Below, piece by piece: positions 1 to 9,362 of a DNA stretch of 64,000 nt (the first letter of the stretch is position 1; each line of letters starts with the position of its first letter). Origin of the DNA: an uncultured Candidatus Binatia bacterium (lineage in GTDB: Bacteria; Desulfobacterota; Binatia; Bin18; CBDCRK01); NCBI GenBank assembly GCA_965220955.1, contig CBDCRK010000037.1, forward strand, positions 58,928 to 122,927, read 5' to 3'. Under the pieces are notes generated by a model. That model ran no database searches. It worked only from the letters and a program-made list of their open reading frames with translations, and was not told the DNA's origin. Both the position numbers and the translations under genes were made by a program.

Positions 1-826
1 ATTCTGATAAAATGGCGGAGTATGTCTCGACCAAGAAGGGTGTCAGTATCGGGCGGACCCGCTCTCCGTATAGCGCTGACAGAAAACGCCGCGGGCAATA
101 AGATAGGCTTGTTCCACCAGTGCTTGGGTAAAGAGGCCCGTGGCAGGTGTCGCACAACCGACGACGACTAGGGTATGCATGTGAGCGCTCCTCTATGAGT
201 GATGTTATGAATTTCTGAATAGCCAGCAATGAGGCAGATAGCCATAAGGGACCCCTCTCGTTACCAAATAAGCCAATTGAAACAATCTCCTGTTCCTCGC
301 CCGACCCCCGCCTATCAGGCAATTGTCGACTAAATAGGGTTGAAACCCGTAATCATATCTGGGCGACCCACGGCACGCAGCGTGCGATATGTATCGGCTT
401 GCGGCCGTAGCGCTGTTATTATTGACAGCTAGCCTGCTGAATACGCCAAGTCGTATTGCCTGGTATACCGACCGAATTGATTTACTAGGATTCCTAAAAA
501 CTAATGATACCATGAGGTTCGAGTATGGCCTTCTCTACATGGACTCGGATATGGGGTGTTTCGCTCTCGCCTTTCACTTGCAGAGCTTGGCCGAGCTGTC
601 AGTAATAATTTGGTTACCCGCGTTAGCGAATACCAGATCGTTGGAGGCCTGCTATTAGCCTTCCTTGGGTTGTTTGTAGTAAACTGGTATTATGGTAGAA
701 ACAGGTTGCCCAGGGCGTCTTCGTAATAGAAACCTGGTCTTCACCACGTTGTGCTTCGTTCAGAATGACGGGTTGGGGATGAGAACTGGTATGAGTCTCA
801 TCGTATGTGGGGCCTGACGTTACTTC

Positions 827-854
827 TTTGATGGATTGATTTTGATGGATTGAT
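827..854. repeat. Exact tandem duplication of a 14-bp unit (tttgatggattgat x2) immediately upstream of the apaG RBS
   Basis: Two identical adjacent 14-mers at 827-840 and 841-854, followed by GGGAGG (855-860) and the ATG at 865. Confidence 0.7.
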
Positions 855-864
855 GGGAGGTTCT

Positions 865-1248
865 ATGTCCGAAGCTATAACCCGTGGAGTTCGTATCACG
901 GTAAACCCCCAGTATGTTCCCGAGCGCTCCTCTGTCGATCATAGCTACTTCTTCTTTGCCTACCATGTGACCATTCGTAATGAGGGGGATGTCCCTGTCC
1001 AGCTCATATCGCGGCACTGGATTATCACGGACGGTGCGGGCCGGGTGGAAGAGGTCCGTGGGCCTGGAGTAGTTGGCGAGCAACCGCGGCTGCAGCCGGG
1101 GGAAGAATTCGAGTATACAAGCGCTTGTCCCTTGCCGACCGAGGTGGGGTCAATGCATGGTACCTATCAGATGATCACTGATAGCGGTGAGTCCTTCGAT
1201 GCACAAATTGCGCCGTTCACACTAGCCCGTCCCAACACGATGAACTGA
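865..1248 (+). CDS. apaG: ApaG (DUF525) protein
   Basis: ORF 850..1248; conserved ApaG core (FFFAYHVTIRNEG...HWIITDG...GVVGEQP); RBS GGGAGG 4 nt before the ATG at 865, so the true start is probably the MSEAITRG methionine. Confidence 0.8.
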   Translation: MSEAITRGVRITVNPQYVPERSSVDHSYFFFAYHVTIRNEGDVPVQLISRHWIITDGAGRVEEVRGPGVVGEQPRLQPGEEFEYTSACPLPTEVGSMHGTYQMITDSGESFDAQIAPFTLARPNTMN

Positions 1249-1344
1249 ACTTATTGCTCAGTCAAGAATGGGAGCCGGAAGGCCGAGGAAGAAGAGAAAG
1301 TTTTAGGTTGCTGGTTCTGGGTAGACAGAGAGGAATTGTTGTGA

Positions 1345-2076
1345 TCACAAAGCCAAGCGAAAGCCAATGAGGTTAAAACGAAAGTCCGGGTTGTTCCTAA
1401 AGCGGTAAGCCACTCGGCAGAACTGAGCAAAGAGCAGCCATGCCCCCCCCCGCAGAACATGGACTGTCCCCTTCTCTGGACCCTGCGGATTATATACCGG
1501 AGACTCGTGATAATATTTCGCATGATACCAGTCTGCCACCCACTCCCACACATTTCCGGCCATATCATAGAGCCCATAACCATTAGGAGGATATGAGCCT
1601 ACCGGAGTAGTGCCTTCGCGAGTGTCGTAGTTGGCCAGGCTTTTATTGATCTCGTCTCCCCAGGGATAGAGTTTACCCTCCAGCCCCCCTCGCGCTGCTC
1701 TCTCCCACTCGGCCTCCGTTGGCAGCCGTCCCCCGGCCCATGAAGAGTAGGCCTGGGCATCATGCCAGCTTACTAACACCACGGGATGGTTTCCACGTCC
1801 CACAGGATAGGTCTTTCTCTCCGGATCCCAATTGTCGAGCTGTGCCCTGGGATCGTCAAAGTGAGGAGCCCTGTAACCTGTTTCGTCAACGAACTTTCTG
1901 TATTGGATGTTGGTGATTGGGGATTTGCCAAGATAAAAGGCATCCAGGGACACTCGATGGACGGGGCGCTCGGCAGCAACCCCATCTTCACTCCCCATTA
2001 GAAACTCACCCTCCGGAATAAGCACCAGCTCTGACCCATCCTTCTTGTTGGTTATTTCCGTAAGGATCTTATCCAC
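1345..2076 (-). CDS. Formylglycine-generating enzyme (FGE-sulfatase / SUMF1) family protein
   Basis: 243-aa ORF with characteristic FGE motifs (GGAWL, RVAYRFRNNPDFRFNLIGFRLA, WHDAQAYSSWAGGRLPTEAEWE). Confidence 0.8.
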   Translation of the reverse strand: MDKILTEITNKKDGSELVLIPEGEFLMGSEDGVAAERPVHRVSLDAFYLGKSPITNIQYRKFVDETGYRAPHFDDPRAQLDNWDPERKTYPVGRGNHPVVLVSWHDAQAYSSWAGGRLPTEAEWERAARGGLEGKLYPWGDEINKSLANYDTREGTTPVGSYPPNGYGLYDMAGNVWEWVADWYHAKYYHESPVYNPQGPEKGTVHVLRGGAWLLFAQFCRVAYRFRNNPDFRFNLIGFRLAL

Positions 2077-2307
2077 TATGGGTCTCCTCCTTCCACCCTC
2101 TCATTCCCGCGCCAGCGAGAATCCAGAAAAGTTGCCGGCCAATAGATGCCACTCAGGAACAAGTTTCGCAGGAATGACACAAGAAGGAAAGCGTCCTAAT
2201 GTCATAGGGTTTGATTTAGCAAAAAGAAAAGGATTGACACCAGATGAGGCCAGAGGTAACCTGCCGTTCGTTAGTGCTGCAGATGTGAAAATCTTTGGAG
2301 GAAAAGC

Positions 2308-3082
2308 TATGGATTTGGGTCTCAAGGATCGAGTGGCCATTATCACTGGTGGCAGCTATGGCATTGGACAAGCAGTTGCGCAGCATCTAGTCCAAGAAGG
2401 AGCTAAGGTGGCTATCTGTGCCCGGCACGCAGAGCAGTTGGAGCGTACAGCCAAGGAACTGGAGCCTAACGTACTAGCTGTACAGGCGGACATTACCCAA
2501 GCGGAGGATATTGCCAAACTGTTTGACCAAACACTGGGCAAGTTTGCTAGGCTGGATATCCTGGTAAATAACGCCGGGGGCACGCACCTGAGCCAACTCC
2601 TAGACCTACCCGACGAAGCCTGGCAGGAGATTATTGATACCAATCTGTTTAGCGTTATACGTTGCTCGCGCCTAGCGATCCCACACATGAAGAAACAAAA
2701 GTGGGGACGGATTATCAACATCTCCTCGATATTCGGCAAACAGCCCGGTACCGGCATGATCGACTATAACGCCACTAAGGCAGCAGTGATCAGCTTAACC
2801 AAGACTCTGGCCGATGAATTGGCTAAGGACAATGTCTTGGTTAACGCGGTCTGTCCAGGGCCGGTGCGCACACCCCTATGGCAAGAGGCAGCCAAGATAA
2901 TCAATCCGCAAGACCCAGAAGGCATGATAGCCGGCTTTGCTGCCGCTAACATTCCTATGGGCCGGTTTGGCCGGCCGGAGGAGATAGCTAGCCTGGTAAC
3001 ATTTCTTGCCTCAGAGCGGTCGAGCTTTATCACTGGCGCAGCCTATGACATTGACGGTGGCATGGTGAAATATATGGTCTAG
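2308..3082 (+). CDS. SDR family oxidoreductase (3-oxoacyl-ACP reductase-like)
   Basis: TGGSYGIG Rossmann motif, NNAG, catalytic S...Y..K (YNATKAAV); RBS GGAGGA upstream of the ATG at 2308. The longer ORF call from 2045 is probably a 5' overextension. Confidence 0.8.
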
Positions 3083-3675
3083 GTGACATGCCAAGTGGAG
3101 GTATAAAACAGATGCCCTTGGGTGACATTTTCTATAAAGCCGGCTGCCTGCAACTCACGCCGCAGGGCACGGCGTGTTACAAAGTCAGGATCAGGAAACT
3201 GCTCAGAAACGGATAGACGGCCCCCAGGACAAAGTACCCGGCGGATCTCAGCCAGCGCTTGTGGACGATCTGGTATCTCGCCCAGTACGGCGATGAGAAA
3301 GACATGATCGACTGAGTCAGACCGTAGTGGGAGCATAATCGCGCTGGCCTGGACGAAGCCGGCGTTGTCTTGACCGGCCACAAGGATCCGGCGTCGGACC
3401 TCAAGCAGCATGTCCCGCTGGATGTCAAGGCAGGTCAGGCGTCCTCTCTCTCCAACACGACGTGTCGCCTCAAGGGAGTAATAGCCGATCCCCGGCCCAA
3501 TCTCGAGCACGCGCTCGCCCTCCGCCAGCCCGAAGGCGCCAAGAATCTGCTTGGGGCCCGCAACGAGCACCCGCAGCGGTGACTCCAGGACAGCCGCATG
3601 CGAGAATGGACAGGGCATGGGCTCCAGCCTCCTCCAAAGGCGGTCCCACCAAGCACGAATAAGAGACTTAGCCAT
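3079..3675 (-). CDS. Class I SAM-dependent methyltransferase
   Basis: Methyltransf_11-like motif (VLEIGPGIGYY...LDI) in a 198-aa ORF; start could be the internal Met (MPCPFSH). Confidence 0.6.
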   Translation of the reverse strand: MAKSLIRAWWDRLWRRLEPMPCPFSHAAVLESPLRVLVAGPKQILGAFGLAEGERVLEIGPGIGYYSLEATRRVGERGRLTCLDIQRDMLLEVRRRILVAGQDNAGFVQASAIMLPLRSDSVDHVFLIAVLGEIPDRPQALAEIRRVLCPGGRLSVSEQFPDPDFVTRRALRRELQAAGFIENVTQGHLFYTSTWHVT

Positions 3676-3853
3676 CGAAAAACCTCTATGAGGAAATGAT
3701 CTCCCTTGGGTCGACGCTTATCATTCTCCGCTTGATAAGACCAACAGCACTGTTTGTTATGAATTCACCGCTCTGTCACCGGCCAGACAAGGCCGTCAAG
3801 GCTCTAGTTGGAACGCTAGCATAGAGTCGATTTTGAGATGAGGCCAGGATCGT

Positions 3854-3883
3854 TTGACTTGCAGGAAGGGGCGTGCCTATAAT
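3854..3883 (+). promoter_or_regulatory. Near-consensus sigma70-type promoter (TTGACT-18 bp-TATAAT) upstream of the amidohydrolase gene
   Basis: TTGACT at 3854-3859, 18-bp spacer, TATAAT at 3878-3883; a duplicated tattcaaaaa motif follows in the 5' UTR, then RBS AAAGGAGG. Confidence 0.5.
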
Positions 3884-3941
3884 TCGGCAGTAAGAATCTT
3901 AATGTATTCAAAAATATATTCAAAAAAAGGAGGATTAGTCT

Positions 3942-5048
3942 ATGGCTTATCGTATTATTTCAGGGGACTCCCACTTTGTTGAACCCCCTGGCATGTGGGC
4001 CGAGCGCATGGACAAGAAATTCCGCGACAGGGCTCCGCACACCATAAAGGGGTATCAGGGAAAAGAGGGAGAATTTTTTGTCTGTGAGAATATTACCCCC
4101 ATTGCCGTGGCCGGGTTTTTTGGCTCGGGCAAAAGCTCTGAAGAGCTGCCCGAACACAACCGACACGGATTTGATGTGGCCCCAGCTAGCGTCTGGGACC
4201 CGGCTGCACGGCTGAAAGAGCAAGAGAGGGATGGGGTAAGCGCGGAGGCACTCTATACTTCTATGGGCATGATGCTCTTTGGTCTGGAGGATGCTGAACT
4301 ACGGACGGCCGCTTTTCGAGCGTTTAACGACTATGCAGCAGAGTACTGCAGCTATGACCCCAAGCGTCTGGCAGGGCTGGGCGTGATTACCTTAGAGAGC
4401 ATCCCGGCTGGGGTGGAAGAGTTAAAACGGTGTGCCCAAAAGGGACTAAAGGGTGTGCTTATCTGGGGAGCCCCGCCTGAGGATAAACCCTACAGCCATA
4501 GGGACTACGACCCCTTCTGGGCGGCAGCCCAGGACCTGAATATGCCCCTTTCCCTCCATATTCTCACCGGTCGGCGGGGAACAGGAGTCAGCTTTGACCT
4601 ATCAAACATCCTCCACGCCTACATGGCTCTGCCCCAGGAAATCCAGCTCACCCTGGCAAACATGGTCTTTGGCGGCGTGTTCGAGCGGTTTCCCAGGCTA
4701 AAAATTGTCTCCGCTGAAAACGATGTTTCCTGGATTCCCCACTTCATGTACCGTATTGACCATGCTTATGACCGCTTGCGCCATTTTGAGGGAGTCACCC
4801 TCCAGATGATGCCCAGCGAGTATGTCAAACGGCAGGTCTGGGCGACTTTCCAGTTTGAGGATGTATGGATTGATCTGCGCAAGCGCTATGCGCTAGACAA
4901 ACTGATGTGGTCCTCGGACTACCCACACACCGATTCCCCCTGGCCTCGCTCCAAGCAGTGGATCGAAGAACATTTCACAGGGGTACCTGAGAACGAGTTG
5001 GCCGAGGTAGTTGGCGGCAACGTTGCTAATCTCTACGGGATTGCTTAA
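3942..5048 (+). CDS. Amidohydrolase-2 family metal-dependent hydrolase (ACMSD-like)
   Basis: 368-aa ORF with strong RBS; N-terminal ISGDSHF..EP and C-terminal WSSDYPH motifs typical of Amidohydro_2. Confidence 0.7.
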   Translation: MAYRIISGDSHFVEPPGMWAERMDKKFRDRAPHTIKGYQGKEGEFFVCENITPIAVAGFFGSGKSSEELPEHNRHGFDVAPASVWDPAARLKEQERDGVSAEALYTSMGMMLFGLEDAELRTAAFRAFNDYAAEYCSYDPKRLAGLGVITLESIPAGVEELKRCAQKGLKGVLIWGAPPEDKPYSHRDYDPFWAAAQDLNMPLSLHILTGRRGTGVSFDLSNILHAYMALPQEIQLTLANMVFGGVFERFPRLKIVSAENDVSWIPHFMYRIDHAYDRLRHFEGVTLQMMPSEYVKRQVWATFQFEDVWIDLRKRYALDKLMWSSDYPHTDSPWPRSKQWIEEHFTGVPENELAEVVGGNVANLYGIA

Positions 5049-5071
5049 ACGGCGTTAACGACTCTCTGTCA

Positions 5072-5106
5072 AGGGAGAGGGTAGAGACCCTCTCCCTTTC
5101 TAGTTT
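5072..5106. terminator. Rho-independent-type hairpin between convergent genes (amidohydrolase + / cytochrome c' -)
   Basis: Perfect 10-bp stem (agggagaggg / ccctctccct) with a 6-nt loop, followed by a T-rich run (ttctagttt). Confidence 0.5.
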
Positions 5107-5132
5107 GGTGAACACATCCCTATGACTATAGC

Positions 5133-5621
5133 TTATGCCTTCTTCTCCGGCTTGCGGAACTGGTCATGACAGCTCTTGCACGCGCCAAAGACCTTCCTTA
5201 GCTGAGCACCAGCGGTCTCAGCTTCACCGTTGACCGCCGTTTGGGCTAGCTGATCAGCCTCAGTGCTTAGCATTGTGGCCGATTTGACAAAGTCTTCCCA
5301 CTGCTGCCAGATTTCTGCCTTGGCCCGGGAACTATCCGAAGTGCTCCCCTGGGGAAAAAGCTCAGCAATACGGGTAGAGTGGAGCGCAATAGCCTGGGCG
5401 TTGACCGCCATCTCCGCTACCCGGCCACCGTCAAGCTTGGCCTTCATGGCCTTGGCATTCTCGCCAATGTTCTCCATTAAGTAATGACGAAAGTTAATGG
5501 AGTCTTTAGCCTTAGGAAGGCCCTTGGGGTGGTCGTGATCTCCATGCGCAATAGAGCCTGTGCTATAAAGCAGCCCAGCAGCACCAAGAGCAAGAACTAA
5601 ATAAGAAAGAGATAGCTTCAT
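5133..5621 (-). CDS. Cytochrome c' (class II c-type cytochrome)
   Basis: Signal peptide, four-helix-type sequence with a single C-terminal CKSCH heme-binding site; RBS GGAGGAGGA precedes the internal ATG (MKLSLSYLV), so the start is set at 5621. Confidence 0.65.
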   Translation of the reverse strand: MKLSLSYLVLALGAAGLLYSTGSIAHGDHDHPKGLPKAKDSINFRHYLMENIGENAKAMKAKLDGGRVAEMAVNAQAIALHSTRIAELFPQGSTSDSSRAKAEIWQQWEDFVKSATMLSTEADQLAQTAVNGEAETAGAQLRKVFGACKSCHDQFRKPEKKA

Positions 5622-5649
5622 ACCTGTCCTCCTCTCCGTCAGTGTATTT

Positions 5650-6552
5650 TTATTTGCCTTCAACCACATAATGAATCGGCGGGACACTTTTGAGATAGGC
5701 CGCCACTGCCCTGGCATCTTCACGTGTCATATCCTTGTACCCTACAGGTAACCCATCGACAAGCAGGGCCATTAATCCCTGCACATTGTCCGCATTGGGC
5801 TTAAATCCCGTACGCAAGAGGTCGGCAATATCGCGCTCGCTCCAGTCTCCAATTCCGGTCTTTTCATCAGGAGTAATATTGGGAACAATCTCGCCATCTA
5901 CCCCTTCAGCATTGCCCGCAAGGTAAAGAGAATCTTCCAGAGTGCCTGTGACTTTACGTGGGGTATGACACTCGCCACAGTGAGCCACATGCTCGGCAAT
6001 GTATTTCCCTCGTTCCACTCCGGATTCCGGCGCTTGTCGAGAAGCAGAAGCCGGAGAGAAGAAGAGCCAGCGCCATATCCGCATCAGGGTTCCAGAAAGC
6101 GGGAGTTTCATCTCATGGGGTTTGTTTTCTTGGGCAATTGGGGGAAGACTGAGCATATAGACAACCAGAGCCTTCACATCCTCGTCTGCCATGCCACTAA
6201 AAGCGGGGTATGGCATCACCGGACTGAGACGCTCTCCGTTTGGTCGTACACCCAGGCGAATAGAATCGATAATCTCCTGGTTGGTCCATTGGCCAATACC
6301 GTAGGTTGGATCTGACGTGACATTAGTGCCATAATAGGTACCCAAAGGCGTTTTTGTTGGCCGACCTCCGGCGTTTAGCGGTCCTCCCTCTGCCGTGTGA
6401 CATCCACACCCTCCGGCAAGCGCAAAAACATATTTTCCCTTTTCCACCAAGCTCTGGCTGGCTTCTTGGGCAAGGGTACAAGGAGGGAGAGCCCCCCCCA
6501 GCAACAAGATCAGAATAAGAACCCACTTTTTTTTATGCCTTAGACACCGCAT
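5650..6552 (-). CDS. Diheme c-type cytochrome
   Basis: Signal peptide plus two CxxCH motifs (CGCH, CGECH) in a 300-aa ORF. Confidence 0.7.
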   Translation of the reverse strand: MRCLRHKKKWVLILILLLGGALPPCTLAQEASQSLVEKGKYVFALAGGCGCHTAEGGPLNAGGRPTKTPLGTYYGTNVTSDPTYGIGQWTNQEIIDSIRLGVRPNGERLSPVMPYPAFSGMADEDVKALVVYMLSLPPIAQENKPHEMKLPLSGTLMRIWRWLFFSPASASRQAPESGVERGKYIAEHVAHCGECHTPRKVTGTLEDSLYLAGNAEGVDGEIVPNITPDEKTGIGDWSERDIADLLRTGFKPNADNVQGLMALLVDGLPVGYKDMTREDARAVAAYLKSVPPIHYVVEGK

Positions 6553-6696
6553 TGTGCCGCTCTTTGGTCCCCAGTTGTTTATCTAGTTATTTATGAGGAA
6601 GGTTGAGGTTTTGCAAGCAGGTCTTGAGGGAAGAGAAGTGGCGAATCTAAGCAACACAATCTTTGAGATAACTCGGGCACTTCTGCATAAGAAAAC

Positions 6697-6809
6697 TTTT
6701 CCACTTGTATTACGAGAAGAAAAAAGCCTAGGGGCACTGGCTTGTGGATAAGCCTGTGGAAAAAACAAGAAAACTTCAATTTTTAAGATTGGTTATAAAG
6801 TTATCCACA
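6697..6809. promoter_or_regulatory. Cluster of DnaA-box-like 9-mers in an AT-rich intergenic region
   Basis: Perfect TGTGGATAA at 6743-6751 and perfect TTATCCACA at 6801-6809 in inverted orientation; a 1-mismatch TGTGGAaAA at 6755-6763 and a 2-mismatch box at ~6697. Confidence 0.45.
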
Positions 6810-6825
6810 ACTGTGAATAATCCTT

Positions 6826-7032
6826 ATGGCTATTCTACTAGATTTGGGAGCTGCGCAGAGGGATGAGAAAAAGATGCTGGATCTTTTAGGTGGTAGGATC
6901 ACAGTCGAAAGCGAGGTTGGACGCGGCTCGACGTTTCGCGTGTGGGTCCCCACCAACAGAACCGCCTATGCGTACGGCAGCTCATGTTCAGGATTTGAGC
7001 AACGGAACCGCAAGAAACGACTATATATATGA
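6826..7032 (+). pseudogene. C-terminal remnant of a histidine kinase (HATPase_c G2 box only)
   Basis: 68-aa ORF containing only GGRITVESEVGRGSTFRVWVP, the extreme C-terminal motif of histidine kinases; no HisKA/DHp domain upstream. Confidence 0.55.
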
Positions 7033-7140
7033 GGCTTTCGGCTCCGCGCTCCAACTCACTGCTTGTTGGCTGGCGTGAGGTCTGAAATCTGGCAGCTTTA
7101 ATTGAGTCCTATCTGCCTCTCGAAGAGACCCCTGATAACC

Positions 7141-8181
7141 CTACCTAGCCAGTTCCTGACGAATAATGTGCGTCCCAGCCACCAGTGCCTGCAGCTTGGC
7201 TTTGGCAATAGGGCGTGAAGAAGCCGAGAACCCACAGTCCGTGGTCAGGTAGAGTTTTTCCGGCCTGACATGCTTAAGCACAACTCTAATCCGTTCAGCT
7301 ACATCTTCCGGGGTTTCCAAGTACATAGACTTTACATCCACCACTCCGGCTGCAAGCTCGCGGTCATCGCCGAATTCACTCCAAAGGTCGATTTCAGCCA
7401 TTTCCCGGTTGGCAAATTCCAAGGCGAACTGATCGGCCTTGACAGCAAGAACACCTGGAAACAGGGGGCGATAGGTCCGCTTCATTGCCGGTCGACCTTG
7501 GTTGTTACCAAAGCAGATGTGTAGTGCAATCTTGGCTTTTACTCCATCGATAGTACGGTTAAACAGCTTCACCGTTTCCTCTACGGGAAGCGCGGGCTGA
7601 CGGCCTGCGGCCGAGGGTTCATCAATCTGGATAAAATCTGCCCCAGCTGCTACCAGCTGCAACAGCTCGCGGTTAACCAGCTCGGCAATGTCATAGGAGA
7701 GCGCAAGATAGTCTTCTGCTGTATATCCGGCCTTGGGGGTAATAGGCATGGTGAGGGTGAGCGGCCCAGGAGTGCAAATTTTTATGGGATTTTTTGTCAA
7801 GGTGCGCACAAAGGTAAATTCCTCAACTAGCCCCAATCCATGGGGAGCTGAAACGCGCTCCGTAGTCTCGAACCTAGGGGCACTATCATAGCTCATTACC
7901 CCCATTTTGCGCTGGGCGGGGACAATCTTGAGCCCGCCCAGCCTCTCCACTATATTCCAAAGAAATCTCTGGCGGCGCATTTCGCCGTCAGTAAGGATGT
8001 CCAGCCCGGTCTCCTCCTGGTCACAAACCGCCACCCTGACGGCATCTTGTAAGGCTTCTTCTATGTCGGCTGGGCCAAAATCGCCTGAGCGCAAGGCCCG
8101 GCGTGAGGCAAACAGCCATGATGGTGAGGCATAGCTTCCCACTCCCATAGTGGGAAGAAGAGTCTGAGCGTCTGGTGCCAT
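7141..8181 (-). CDS. Cobalamin-independent methionine synthase (MetE C-terminal domain-like, Meth_synt_2) family protein
   Basis: 346-aa ORF with MetE-like motifs (IQIDEP, HICFGN, TTDCGF). Confidence 0.7.
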   Translation of the reverse strand: MAPDAQTLLPTMGVGSYASPSWLFASRRALRSGDFGPADIEEALQDAVRVAVCDQEETGLDILTDGEMRRQRFLWNIVERLGGLKIVPAQRKMGVMSYDSAPRFETTERVSAPHGLGLVEEFTFVRTLTKNPIKICTPGPLTLTMPITPKAGYTAEDYLALSYDIAELVNRELLQLVAAGADFIQIDEPSAAGRQPALPVEETVKLFNRTIDGVKAKIALHICFGNNQGRPAMKRTYRPLFPGVLAVKADQFALEFANREMAEIDLWSEFGDDRELAAGVVDVKSMYLETPEDVAERIRVVLKHVRPEKLYLTTDCGFSASSRPIAKAKLQALVAGTHIIRQELAR

Positions 8182-8360
8182 ATAGGTTCCTCCTGTCTTT
8201 TCAAAGGATCAACCTTTTTTTTACTCTAAAGACTTTCCACATTTTCTTCAAATTGTACACAGGCAGGCAATACTCGCAATGTAGCCTTGACAGCCTAGAT
8301 GTTTCTATGGCGTACTCAAGCAAGTCGAAGTTTACATGATAGGCTGCTAGCGGAGGGAAC

Positions 8361-9230
8361 ATGACACAGTTAGGGCGCTTACGAGACCTTCTTACCCAGA
8401 ACAAACTCACTATGGCTGCCGGTGTATACGATGTGATCTCTGCCCGGATAGTGGAGGAGGCTGGCTTTCCGGTGGTTTACTATTCCGGTGGGGTATCTGC
8501 CGGGGCTCTGGGGTATCCTGACTTTGGGCTGAGAACCCTGACCGAGATGATCATACAGCTTGAAGGAGTGTGCCGGGCGGTTGACCTTCCTGTTATTGCT
8601 GACGCCGAGGCTGGCTTTGGTACTCCGCTTAATGTGGCGCGCATGGTACAAGAGTATGAAAGGATTGGTGTAGCCGGGCTTCATATCGAAGATCAGGACC
8701 TGCCCCGCCGTTGTGGGCATTTAGGGGGAAAGGTGCTGGTCTCGGCCAAAGATCACGCAGCCAAGATCCGGGCGGCAGTTGACAGCCGGGCCAATCCAGA
8801 TCTGCTTATTATTGCCCGTATTGACGCCATTGCCGTCAACGGTCTTGACGACGCCATGGCCCGCGCCGAGGCTTACGTCGAAGCCGGAGCCGACATGCTG
8901 TTCTTTGAAGCGTTTGAATCCATCAAACAGATGGAGAGAGTTTGTAGTCACTTCTCCGCGATTCCGCTCCTTGCCAATATGGTGGAAGGGGGCAAGACTC
9001 CTTTCCTGTCGGCCAAAGATTTGGAGGAGATAGGGTTTAGCCTGGTTATTTATCCGACCACCATGGTACTAGCTGCTACCTTCCAGATGAAAAAGGTGCT
9101 GAAAGAACTCAAAGAGAAGGGGACGACCCAGAACATGTGGAGAGAAATGCTCAGCTTCGATGAAGTGTTTAATGACCTTCTCGGCTGGGATCAGGCACTG
9201 TCGTTTATTGATCACTATAGCGAGAAGTAA
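8361..9230 (+). CDS. Isocitrate lyase / PEP mutase superfamily enzyme (2-methylisocitrate lyase / carboxyphosphonoenolpyruvate mutase-like)
   Basis: ICL/PEPM family signatures (AGVYD, GLHIEDQ, KRCGH-like RRCGHLGGK, ARIDA). Confidence 0.8.
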   Translation: MTQLGRLRDLLTQNKLTMAAGVYDVISARIVEEAGFPVVYYSGGVSAGALGYPDFGLRTLTEMIIQLEGVCRAVDLPVIADAEAGFGTPLNVARMVQEYERIGVAGLHIEDQDLPRRCGHLGGKVLVSAKDHAAKIRAAVDSRANPDLLIIARIDAIAVNGLDDAMARAEAYVEAGADMLFFEAFESIKQMERVCSHFSAIPLLANMVEGGKTPFLSAKDLEEIGFSLVIYPTTMVLAATFQMKKVLKELKEKGTTQNMWREMLSFDEVFNDLLGWDQALSFIDHYSEK

Positions 9231-9362
9231 GAACAGAACCCCGGACCGTACCTACGGGGCCACACTAAGGGGGAGGGTCGGTGGTCTCCCAGTCGGCTTA
9301 TGATAACCTCGTTTGAGATGGATATTGACTTGACTCGGGCAACCCCCTAGAAAATCAAACTT

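Noticed and set aside
205-658. ORF calls 205..513 (-) and 389..658 (+)
   Set aside because: They overlap each other antisense, have no RBS or recognisable motif, and sit in a stop-rich stretch, so I treat them as non-coding. The region itself is kept as a finding.
827-854. Tandem 14-bp repeat as a possible minimal CRISPR array or iteron array
   Set aside because: There are only two copies, directly adjacent with no spacer. This is a simple tandem duplication, not a CRISPR array.
3122-3662. Multiple short ORFs inside/antisense to the methyltransferase gene (3122..3307, 3177..3428, 3370..3582, 3435..3656, 3462..3662, 3470..3652)
   Set aside because: These are alternative-frame and antisense ORFs typical of GC-rich coding DNA. 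The methyltransferase frame carries the recognisable SAM-binding motif.
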